From an uncultured Geoanaerobacter sp. (lineage in GTDB: Bacteria; Desulfobacterota; Desulfuromonadia; Geobacterales; DSM-12255): a stretch of DNA of 64,000 nt. The translations under genes and the position numbers were made by a program. The stretch is taken from assembly GCA_964528055.1 (NCBI GenBank), contig CAZGQM010000001.1, positions 365,690 through 429,689 on the forward strand, read 5' to 3'. Positions 56,039-64,000 of the stretch are shown piece after piece. The notes beneath the pieces are model-generated. The model did not search any database and had not been told where the DNA came from. It saw nothing but the letters and a program-made list of their open reading frames with translations. Position 1 is the first letter of the stretch; each line of letters opens with the position of its first letter.

Positions 56039-57769
56039 ATGTTCAACCGATACTACCAGGAAGAACTTGCCTTGCTGAAAGAGCTGGGTGCCGAGTTTTC
56101 CCGTGCGCATCCGGCCCTTGCCCCCATGTTGAGCGGGCAGACCTCAGATCCTGACGTCGAGCGGCTCCTAGAGGGTACGGCTTTCCTGACCGGCCTAATT
56201 CGTCACAAACTGGACGACGAATTTCCGGAGTTGCTGCATGGGGTTATGAACCTGTTGTTCCCCCATTACCTGCGTCCAATCCCTTCCGCATCAATCCTTG
56301 CGTTCACCCCCCGCCCAACCCTGCGTGAGCCATTACATATTCCAGCCGGAACCGAAGTTGCATCCCCGCCGCTGGAGGGGACCACATGCATCTTCAGAAC
56401 CTGTTTCGATATCCAGGCGCTTCCGCTCAGAATCAAAGACGCTCAGATGGAGCATTCCGCCGGCTCTCCCCCCAGAATAACCATAAACCTGGAGCTCTCT
56501 GGCATCCCCCTTGCCGGCTGGAGTCATAAACGGATCAGGTTTTATCTTGCAGGCGGAATCCCCCAAGGGAGCAACCTGTATTATCACCTGATGACAAACG
56601 TTGCTTCCGTGACGTTGTCGAGCCCGGACGGTACACAATGCATTCTTCCGTCAGCAGTCATAAAACCTGTAGGATTCGGTGAAGATGACAAACTTCTTCA
56701 TTACCCATCCCACTCCTTTCCGGCGTACCGTATCCTACAGGAATACTTCATGCTTCCTGAAAAGTTCCTCTTCGTTGATATTGACGGTATCGATCGCTGG
56801 ACCGGCAGGGGCCGAGGGCACGGCTTCACCATATCATTTCAGCTGAAAAAGGAGCCATCGGTTCCGATTACGATAAAGAAGGATTCATTCATCCTGTTTG
56901 CAACGCCGATCATTAACATGTTCAACCACGATGCCGAGCCGATCCGTTACGATCATCGCAAAAGCCGTTACATCATTCGTCCTTCTGGGGCTAATTCGAA
57001 GCATTACCAGATCATATGGGTACAGAAGGTCTCCGGATTCCTGCGAGGGACTTCGCAGGAAAAGTCATATGTATCCTTTCAGCAGTTTTCACCCCAATAT
57101 GATGCGCAGGCTGTTTACAACATAAGTATCGGCAAATCGGTAATAGATGAAAGCTTTGAAACATACATTTCTGTTGCCTACCCTGGATCCGCAACAGTCC
57201 CTGTTGAAGAGGTGCTCTCACTCAAACTTCTCTGTACCAATGCCTCTTTGCCGGAGAATCTCGGTCTTGGTGACATTTCGCGGCACACGTCGACTTCTCC
57301 CGAACTGATGGAATTCAGTAACATCCGGCCGGTCTCCATGAATATTCAGCCGCCTCTTGGCTCAAATATTCTGTGGCGCCTCCTTTCCCATGCATCCATA
57401 AACCTTCTCACCATAAAAAACCCCGAAGCTCTGAAGACCATTCTCGACCTCTACGTTTTCATCGAAGGTCGCGACAAGGTGGCTATCCTGGCAAATAAAA
57501 AACGTATTGCAGGGATAGACGGTTTTGAAACACGGGACATGAATCGACTTATGAAGGGGATCATGGCCCGTGGTGTTGCAGTGACTTTAAACCTGAAACA
57601 GGACCATTTTGCCGGAATTGGTGACATGTATCTGTTCGGATCGGTACTTGACCGTTTTCTGGGATGGAATTCAACTATCAACTCTTTCACTTCGCTTGCA
57701 GTCAGAGAGGTGAATTCCGGAGAAATGTACAAATGGCCGGTGCGAAATGGGGAGCATTCTTTGATTTAG
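56039..57769 (+). CDS. tssF: T6SS baseplate protein TssF
   Basis: The N-terminus is YYQEELALLKELGAEFSRAHPALAPML...DPDVERLLEGTAFL. It is 576 aa. Confidence 0.9.
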   Translation: MFNRYYQEELALLKELGAEFSRAHPALAPMLSGQTSDPDVERLLEGTAFLTGLIRHKLDDEFPELLHGVMNLLFPHYLRPIPSASILAFTPRPTLREPLHIPAGTEVASPPLEGTTCIFRTCFDIQALPLRIKDAQMEHSAGSPPRITINLELSGIPLAGWSHKRIRFYLAGGIPQGSNLYYHLMTNVASVTLSSPDGTQCILPSAVIKPVGFGEDDKLLHYPSHSFPAYRILQEYFMLPEKFLFVDIDGIDRWTGRGRGHGFTISFQLKKEPSVPITIKKDSFILFATPIINMFNHDAEPIRYDHRKSRYIIRPSGANSKHYQIIWVQKVSGFLRGTSQEKSYVSFQQFSPQYDAQAVYNISIGKSVIDESFETYISVAYPGSATVPVEEVLSLKLLCTNASLPENLGLGDISRHTSTSPELMEFSNIRPVSMNIQPPLGSNILWRLLSHASINLLTIKNPEALKTILDLYVFIEGRDKVAILANKKRIAGIDGFETRDMNRLMKGIMARGVAVTLNLKQDHFAGIGDMYLFGSVLDRFLGWNSTINSFTSLAVREVNSGEMYKWPVRNGEHSLI

Positions 57770-58803
57770 AGGAAAGCCTGCTTAGGGAAGGGCCATCTTA
57801 CTCGTTCTTCCAGGCTGTCAGGCTCATCCGGCTGATGCTCCGCAGAAGGGAGGATCACGGCATAAGGGATGCCGCATCCCTAGAGAGCCGTTTCCTGCGG
57901 ATCCGCCCGGAGTTGACCCTTGGATTCCCCAGCGCGGATATTGCCCGCATTGAGGAAACCGATCTCGAAGACCATGAGCGCCGCTTTATTGTCTATGCCA
58001 CTTTCCTCGGGCTTTACGGCACATCATCCCCTCTCCCCTCCTTCTATACCGAGGATCTGCTGCATGAGGCAGGGGATGACAAATCGGTCACCCGTGATTT
58101 CATAGACATCATCAATTATAAGATTTTCCCTCTTTTCATCAGGTCGCTACTCAAATACAACCTGTTCCTTCAGATATGTGAGGAGAACAACATTGAGTAC
58201 CTGGAACGGATCTTCTGCCTCGTAGGGTTGAATAACACCCCCTGGAGCGGTGAAAGCTCAGATTCGTCAAGGCGTCTGTTGCGCTATTCCGGAATAATGT
58301 GTCAGCATCCCCGTTCCGCCTACGGCCTGAAGACCATGTTGAGCGACTCCTTTCCGGGCATTCCGGTCCATATCAGCGAATTCATCCCCAGAGTAGTCCC
58401 CATTCCGCAAGAACAGACGGCATTGCTGGGTATTGCGAATGTTTCTCTGGGAGATGATCTGCATCTGGGGAGTGAAATACCCGAATGCATGGGGAAATTC
58501 CGCATCTTTCTCGGTCCTGTTAAGCCGGAAATGGCTTCGTCATGTTTTCCTGGGGGGGAGGTTCTGAAACAGGCTGTATTACTTGTTGAAAATTATTTGG
58601 ACAGTCCGCTCGATTACGATTTTGAACTGCTTTTTGATCCTGCAGGAATACCGGCATTCGAGCTGGGAGTAGAGTCATCTGCAATTATGGGGGTTAACAG
58701 CTGGCTCCCTGCCGCTTCTTCGGACGGGTATGTAACAACCCGGTTCGGTGCAACCTCATCTGATGACAAACTTTCTACAATGTATTGGAGGAATTCATGC
58801 TGA
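57733..58803 (+). CDS. tssG: T6SS baseplate protein TssG
   Basis: I chose the start at MAGAKWGAFFD. YSFFQAVRLI and TFLGLYGTSSPLPSFYTE are TssG hallmarks. It overlaps tssF. Confidence 0.85.
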   Translation: MAGAKWGAFFDLEESLLREGPSYSFFQAVRLIRLMLRRREDHGIRDAASLESRFLRIRPELTLGFPSADIARIEETDLEDHERRFIVYATFLGLYGTSSPLPSFYTEDLLHEAGDDKSVTRDFIDIINYKIFPLFIRSLLKYNLFLQICEENNIEYLERIFCLVGLNNTPWSGESSDSSRRLLRYSGIMCQHPRSAYGLKTMLSDSFPGIPVHISEFIPRVVPIPQEQTALLGIANVSLGDDLHLGSEIPECMGKFRIFLGPVKPEMASSCFPGGEVLKQAVLLVENYLDSPLDYDFELLFDPAGIPAFELGVESSAIMGVNSWLPAASSDGYVTTRFGATSSDDKLSTMYWRNSC

Positions 58804-61430
58804 GTGTAGAGATCAAGCCGCTCCTGAAACGTCTTAATCCGTTCTGCACACGTTCGCTTGAAGGAGCTGCGGGATTATGCGTGTCACGCTCCCATTATGA
58901 GGTGACCGTAGAACACCTGGTATCCCGCCTGATTGATGAAACCGGGGCAGACTGGTACCTGATCCTGAAACAGTTCGGTATACATGGAGCATCTCTTCGC
59001 AAAAGCATTGACCGGACTCTTGAAGATATGCGTTCCGGCAATGCCGGCAAGCCGGCATTCTCACCGATATTGCTCCAATGGATACAGGATGCGTGGCTGC
59101 TTGCTTCGGTGAATCTTGGTGAGGGGAGCATCCGCTCCGGGTCACTTCTTCTTGCGTTGCTGGCTAAACCGGCAATTTACTCAGGAGGCGCTTATACCGA
59201 TCTTCTTGAGCCGATAAGCCGGGAGGGGCTGGAGGGGCAGTTCTTCAAGATCCTGGCGAACTCCATTGAGACGGTTGAAACTGCATCTGCCGGAACCGGT
59301 CCGGAGACAGCTACTGCTACGGGCGGCGCCCTGTCCAGGTATTGCGAAGATTTCACCCAGAAGGCACGTGATGGCAAGATAGATGCTGTATTTGGCCGGG
59401 ACAACGAGATCCGCCAGATTATCGACATTCTGGGGCGTCGTCGGAAAAACAACCCCATAGCCGTTGGAGAGGCCGGAGTTGGCAAAACCGCTGTCATAGA
59501 GGGGCTGGCTCTGAAAGTAGTTCAGGGTGACGTGCCGGACAGCCTGAAGGATGTATCAATTCTGGGCCTTGACATGGCGCTTCTGCAGGCCGGGGCTGGT
59601 GTCAAAGGGGAGTTTGAAAACCGTCTCAAATCGGTAATCAATGAAGTAAAGTCATCTCCAAAACCGATAATCCTTTTCATCGACGAGGCTCACACCCTGA
59701 TCGGAGCCGGCGGGGCGGCTGGCAGCGGAGATGCCGCCAACCTGCTCAAACCGGCAATGGCCCGTGGCGAGCTGAAAACCCTGGCTGCGACCACCTATTC
59801 CGAATACAAGAAATATATCGAGAAGGATCCGGCTCTGGCCAGACGATTCCAGCCGGTCAAGCTTGACGAACCGACGGTTGAGACTTCAATCCTCATCCTA
59901 CGAGGATGCAAGCTGGCCTATGAAAAGTCGCACAACGTCAATGTGCGGGACGACGCAGTAATCGCGGCAGCGGAGCTCTCCAGCCGCTATATTACCGGGC
60001 GATACCTGCCGGACAAGGCCATTGACCTGATTGATACCTGTTGCGCCCGTGTCAAGATCAGCATGGCATCCAAACCGCCAAGGCTCGAAGACCTCGAACA
60101 TTCCATTCAGGCGATTGAACGGGAGAAGGTGGCGCGGCTTCGTGACCGGGAATACGGTGTTCACATCGATGACGAGCGGCTGGCCGCGATTGATGCCGAG
60201 CTTGCAGAGCTGAGCAGCAATGCCCGGCAGGTAACTGACCGCTGGCAGTTGGAGAAGGGTGCAGTTGACAAGGTCGTAGCTCTGAGGAACAGCCTGGCAG
60301 AATTGAAGAAACAAGAAGCAAATGGAACAGAAGGAGAGACTGCTCGGAATCTCGAAGCCGAGCTGGCTGCGGCAACAGCGGAACTGGCCGAAATCCAGAA
60401 AGACGAACCGATGGTAAAGTATGAGGTTGACCCTGATGTGGTTGCCCTTGTCATCTCTGATTGGACCGGAATCCCTCTCGGCAAGGTATTGCGTGATCAG
60501 GCGCAGAGCGTGCTCAGGATGGAGGAGGAGCTGCAGGCCCGCATCAAAGGTCAGGATCATGCCCTGCACATTGTCAGCGAGGTGATGAAGTCAAGCAAGT
60601 CAGGAATTGCCGACCCGAATCAGCCTATGGGGGTATTCCTGTTTGTAGGCCCTAGTGGCGTTGGAAAGACCGAAACCGCACTTACGGTTGCAGACATGAT
60701 GTTTGGGGGTGAACAGTACACCGTTACGGTCAATATGAGCGAATTTCAGGAGAAACATACAGTAAGCCGGCTTATAGGCTCTCCGCCGGGATATGTGGGG
60801 TATGGCGAAGGGGGGATGCTCACGGAGGCGGTTCGAAACAGGCCATACTGCGTGGTGCTTCTTGACGAGGTGGAAAAGGCACATCCTGATGTCCTGAACC
60901 TGTTTTACCAGGTCTTTGACAAGGGGGTAATGGGGGACGGGGAAGGTCGCGATATCAATTTCCGTAACACAATACTGTTCCTGACCAGCAACCTGGCGAC
61001 TGATATCATAACCGAAATGACCCGTGACGGGCAGCGTCCCGGGATGGACGTACTGATTCCTGCCATTCGTCCGATCCTCTCGAACTGGTTCAAGCCTGCA
61101 CTTCTGGCGCGAATGAACATAATACCCTTTTTGGCCCTCGATGCATCTGCCATGTCCGGTATCGTGCGATTGAAACTGGACAAGATGGGGAGACAGCTGA
61201 TGAGCAGCAACAAGATGAAATTCAGCTACACTGAAGCGGTGATAGAGACAATCGCCTCCAGATGCACCGAGGTCGAAACCGGTGCCCGAAACATTGACTA
61301 CATTGTCCGTGGCACAATCATGCCGCAACTTTCCCAGGAGATACTCTCCAACATAACTACTGGAGGGATGCCGGCAGCGGTATGCCTTGACATCGGCGAA
61401 GATGGTAATTTCAGCATGACTTTTTCGTGA
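58797..61430 (+). CDS. clpV: T6SS AAA+ unfoldase ClpV (TssH)
   Basis: It has two AAA+ modules (GEAGVGKTA / ILFIDEAH and GPSGVGKTE / [11 protein letters not shown]) and a Clp N-domain. GGAGG lies 5 nt upstream of the ATG. Confidence 0.92.
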   Translation: MLSVEIKPLLKRLNPFCTRSLEGAAGLCVSRSHYEVTVEHLVSRLIDETGADWYLILKQFGIHGASLRKSIDRTLEDMRSGNAGKPAFSPILLQWIQDAWLLASVNLGEGSIRSGSLLLALLAKPAIYSGGAYTDLLEPISREGLEGQFFKILANSIETVETASAGTGPETATATGGALSRYCEDFTQKARDGKIDAVFGRDNEIRQIIDILGRRRKNNPIAVGEAGVGKTAVIEGLALKVVQGDVPDSLKDVSILGLDMALLQAGAGVKGEFENRLKSVINEVKSSPKPIILFIDEAHTLIGAGGAAGSGDAANLLKPAMARGELKTLAATTYSEYKKYIEKDPALARRFQPVKLDEPTVETSILILRGCKLAYEKSHNVNVRDDAVIAAAELSSRYITGRYLPDKAIDLIDTCCARVKISMASKPPRLEDLEHSIQAIEREKVARLRDREYGVHIDDERLAAIDAELAELSSNARQVTDRWQLEKGAVDKVVALRNSLAELKKQEANGTEGETARNLEAELAAATAELAEIQKDEPMVKYEVDPDVVALVISDWTGIPLGKVLRDQAQSVLRMEEELQARIKGQDHALHIVSEVMKSSKSGIADPNQPMGVFLFVGPSGVGKTETALTVADMMFGGEQYTVTVNMSEFQEKHTVSRLIGSPPGYVGYGEGGMLTEAVRNRPYCVVLLDEVEKAHPDVLNLFYQVFDKGVMGDGEGRDINFRNTILFLTSNLATDIITEMTRDGQRPGMDVLIPAIRPILSNWFKPALLARMNIIPFLALDASAMSGIVRLKLDKMGRQLMSSNKMKFSYTEAVIETIASRCTEVETGARNIDYIVRGTIMPQLSQEILSNITTGGMPAAVCLDIGEDGNFSMTFS

Positions 61431-61563
61431 AAGGCAGTCGTCACCGGACCGTATCTGCGATATCATGGTGCGAAAAGACTGGATGAAGGTCAATAAACAG
61501 TTCCTGGAAGAATCCCCCTTCGCAACCGCTATGGCTTGGTTCCCCACTCAACCAGTCCGATAG

Positions 61564-61815
61564 TTGTTAAGGATCACGGCCCATTGCCTCACCCAGATGC
61601 CGCCACGGTTTATCAAGAAGTTCTGCGCACCGGACGCTGGCGGCCATAGACTGCTAGAAATAGTAACCGACCGTCTTGGCCTCTCCGCCCGCTCTTACAC
61701 ACGCATTCTGAAAGTGGCGCGAACCATTGCCGATCTTGAAGCCTCCGAAAACATCCGGGAGCAGCACCTGGCAGAGGCTATTCAGTACAGGAGCCTGGAT
61801 CGGAAGACGGGTTGA
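61564..61815 (+). pseudogene. comM: Orphan comM 3' fragment (last ~75-83 codons)
   Basis: The sequence ...[73 protein letters not shown] is identical to the end of the 25085..25690 gene except for 1 aa. Confidence 0.85.
61592..61815 (+). repeat. Direct repeat, right copy (comM 3' end, 224 bp)
   Basis: 222/224 identical to 25467..25690. Confidence 0.95.
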
Positions 61816-61951
61816 AGGCAATTTTTACTTCGTTAAGTCACAAATCCAGTGATGACGGCTGGGAGAGTTTGGGAAAAACCATTGCGACTTTCTGTGAAGG
61901 ATTTTTCGGATCTGAGAATCGATAAATATAAATAAGCAGAAGGGAGAGAAC

Positions 61952-62866
61952 ATGGACAAACCGGGTGTAGTGGCATTTTGTGAAGGTAATTCATTAGCTT
62001 CAATCGGCATAATCATCTTGTTGGTATCATCTGTCAGCATAGTGCAGGCTGAAACCGTGGCCATAAAGGACGCGAATCAGGCAATATCCCATGCTGATCC
62101 GGCTGGTGACTTTCAAGAAGACACGGCAAAGCGATGGAGATTCAGGGTCGGAGCTGGTGCTTTGTATGCCCCTGCCTTTGCAGGGTCTAAAGATTACCAA
62201 ATTATTGCATTTCCAAATGTGAAAGTTGAATTCAAAGACCTTTTTTTTGCGTCGATGAAGGAGGGAGTTGGCTACAATGTCATTCATTCTAATGGTTGGC
62301 GTGTCGGACCATTAGTAAAGTACAAATTTGAGCGCAAAGAGGACGGTAGCAATCCTTTCCGGGTAGGGGGAAATAAATCGACTGCGCTAAAGGGTCTCGG
62401 CAATGTTGATGCGACTCTGGAATGTGGAGGTTTTGTAGAATACAGTTACGAGCCATTCTCCTATTCAGTTGAACTGCGTCAAGGCATAGATGGGCATAAA
62501 GGGATGATTGGTGATGCCAACATTAACTATTCAGGTGCAATCAAGCGTTTCGGGCCTACAATTTTCTATGCAGTTGGCCCGCGCGCAACATTTTCAGATT
62601 CTGAATACACAAATGCCTATTTCGGGATTAACCAAACACAATCAGTGAGTTCCGGACTAAACCGCTACAATGCCGGAGGTGGATTAGTGTCCTATGGGCT
62701 CGGCGGTTTTATGTCGATGCCACTTATTGATCAGGTTTCGGTTTCTTTATTTGGTGGATATGACCGTTTGGGAGATGAGGTCGCTGATTCACCGCTTATC
62801 AAGCAACGCGGCAGTGAGAACCAATTTGCAATCGGTTTGAGTGTTACCTACAAATTCGACTTGTGA
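61952..62866 (+). CDS. MipA/OmpV-family outer-membrane protein
   Basis: 304 aa with a signal peptide. RFRVGAGALYAPAFAGSKDY...FPNVKVEF...GWRVGPLVKYKFERKE and the C-terminal ...GLSVTYKF are typical of this beta-barrel family. Confidence 0.75.
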   Translation: MDKPGVVAFCEGNSLASIGIIILLVSSVSIVQAETVAIKDANQAISHADPAGDFQEDTAKRWRFRVGAGALYAPAFAGSKDYQIIAFPNVKVEFKDLFFASMKEGVGYNVIHSNGWRVGPLVKYKFERKEDGSNPFRVGGNKSTALKGLGNVDATLECGGFVEYSYEPFSYSVELRQGIDGHKGMIGDANINYSGAIKRFGPTIFYAVGPRATFSDSEYTNAYFGINQTQSVSSGLNRYNAGGGLVSYGLGGFMSMPLIDQVSVSLFGGYDRLGDEVADSPLIKQRGSENQFAIGLSVTYKFDL

Positions 62867-62927
62867 ATAGTTTTCACGGGTGAGGTGCAGGGCTGAACCA
62901 GCAATAGGGAGGGAAAACTGAGGAGAT

Positions 62928-63230
62928 ATGAACAGACGGACTTTACTCAAAATTGCGGGCGGCGGCACAATCCTGTCGGCAACCGCCGGGATCGCAGGGT
63001 GCACGTTAGAAATGCCCGCAGAGGCGATTGCGGTATGGCAGGGAGCGGGGGCTGAACCGGAGGTCCGCAGCTGGATACTGAGGTACGCCATTCAGGCACC
63101 GCATTCCCACAATCTTCGGTCATGGCTCGTTGATCTGAAAACACCGGGAGAAATCATTCTCTCCTGCGACACCACCAGGTTCCTGCCGGCGACTGATCCT
63201 AACTTTAGCCAGATATCTACTTCATGGTGA
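62928..63230 (+). pseudogene. Truncated TAT-signal nitroreductase-like (Acg-type) oxidoreductase; only the first ~100 codons are present
   Basis: The TAT leader is MNRRTLLKIAGGGTILSATAGIAGC. YAIQAPHSHNLRSWLVDL...CDTTRFLPATDP matches the N-terminus of proteins of about 330 aa or more. The ORF stops at 63230 and overlaps the next gene. Confidence 0.45.
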
Positions 63231-63616
63231 AGATCATCTGCTTTTATATTCTCGTTGCGTCCTGCGAAACATTGAACGGTATTGCCCGAACGGTCTATCT
63301 CAATAAGCGCCTTGGGGTACTGACTGCGAAAAGGGTTTCCATGGTGCCGGCGCTGCTTCTTTGCCTGGCGGCCTGTTATTTTTACGTACCCGTTCTCGGG
63401 ATCACAACCGATACAGGGCTTGTAGTGCTTGGTGTGTCATTATCATTGTTCATGCTTATGTTTGACATTGTTATGGGGCGGTTTGTCGCAAAAGTTCCAT
63501 GGGGAGTGATTCTTGATGAACTTAATATTTTCAAGGGTAATCTGTTGGGATTGGGAATGGTCGTAATGTCCTTTTGTCCACTGCTGTCTTCAAAAATACC
63601 GCGTTTACTTTTCTGA
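63224..63616 (+). CDS. Small integral membrane protein (4 predicted TM segments)
   Basis: 130-aa hydrophobic ORF with no recognised family. Confidence 0.45.
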   Translation: MVKIICFYILVASCETLNGIARTVYLNKRLGVLTAKRVSMVPALLLCLAACYFYVPVLGITTDTGLVVLGVSLSLFMLMFDIVMGRFVAKVPWGVILDELNIFKGNLLGLGMVVMSFCPLLSSKIPRLLF

Positions 63617-63707
63617 TCTGCGGTTTGAACTATTTGACAATGATCCAACCGATTCAATCACGTTGGGTGTTCTAATCACTGTCTGCATAGTATCCTCCCT
63701 GGCAGAA

Positions 63708-64000
63708 TCACCTATCACCTGAAGTTACCGGAATCAGGATTTCGTTGCGACGCATAAACCAGAGAGTAAAAGGTGGGTTATAACGAGCCCAGACCGGTTC
63801 ACCGGTAACGCTATAGCGGTTATCTGTAATCCATTTTTCCAGTTTTTCTTTGTGGAGCAGATACTTCTCCTCGCTCCAGAAACCTGAATAGCGAACGGCA
63901 GCGACACGGCGGGCAGGAACCTGCCGAAGCTTAATGTTTTGATCATCGGGAACCGGCAGGGTTTCCATAGTGTACGAAACCGGCATCATAAAGCTGACAG
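63708..64000 (-). CDS. SOUL/HEBP-family heme-binding-like protein, partial (5' end beyond the window)
   Basis: The C-terminal sequence RRVAAVRYSGFWSEEKY..KL..W.......GEPVWARYNPPFTLWFMRRNEILIPV is characteristic. The reading frame stays open to the window edge. Confidence 0.6.
   Translation of the reverse strand, partial: VSFMMPVSYTMETLPVPDDQNIKLRQVPARRVAAVRYSGFWSEEKYLLHKEKLEKWITDNRYSVTGEPVWARYNPPFTLWFMRRNEILIPVTSGDR

Larger units (their letters stand above)
25467..61815. mobile_element. T6SS-bearing genomic island delimited by comM 3'-end direct repeats (att-like); no integrase seen inside
   Basis: Near-identical 224-bp direct repeats lie at both ends. The sequences diverge immediately outside the repeats. 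The right copy is preceded by a diverged comM-like stretch (ITAHCLTQMPP vs [11 protein letters not shown]). Confidence 0.55.

Noticed and set aside
60600-61547. 315-aa minus-strand ORF; likewise 59898..60569, 46291..47019, 47669..48352, 28307..28822 and 35411..35884
   Set aside because: They are antisense or shadow frames inside clpV, tssK/L, tssM, the OmpA gene and vgrG. They have no motifs or RBS, and they overlap strongly supported genes.

Overview
The window has three parts.

(1) Positions 1-25084 are AT-richer accessory DNA whose right edge cuts into the middle of comM. It carries:
- a secreted PLD-family Nuc-like nuclease;
- a minus-strand restriction-modification-like defence operon: HTH, DUF499-type ATPase, DUF3780-like protein, DUF1156-type adenine methyltransferase (frameshifted), PLD+SNF2 helicase, and an appended HEPN-like gene;
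- small DUF3606-type genes;
- an XRE/ImmA regulatory pair and an RHH protein;
- a 1502-aa Sec-signal Rhs/YD-repeat toxin with an unrecognised C-terminal domain and a secreted immunity candidate;
- a small serine recombinase with palindromic candidate sites;
- a DprA-like(SLOG)/phosphoribosyltransferase/3-TM operon.

(2) Positions 25467-61815 are a ~36 kb block bounded by 224-bp direct repeats (222/224 identical) of the comM 3' end. It contains:
- a CHASE2-HD-GYP/OmpA/FecR module;
- two AEC permeases and a solute-binding protein;
- a complete type VI secretion system (tssA-M, hcp, vgrG, clpV);
- a DUF2169/pentapeptide/DUF3540/DUF4150 spike-loading module;
- four unassigned accessory genes.

One accessory gene (40813-42255) looks to me like a compact fusion of TssB-like and TssC-like sheath sequence. 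That is my top candidate for something undescribed.

(3) Positions 61816-64000 look like ordinary chromosome: MipA/OmpV, a truncated TAT-signal oxidoreductase, a membrane protein and a partial SOUL-family gene.

I saw no rRNA, tRNA or CRISPR array. All family assignments come from motif reading and recalled family patterns. No database search was run.
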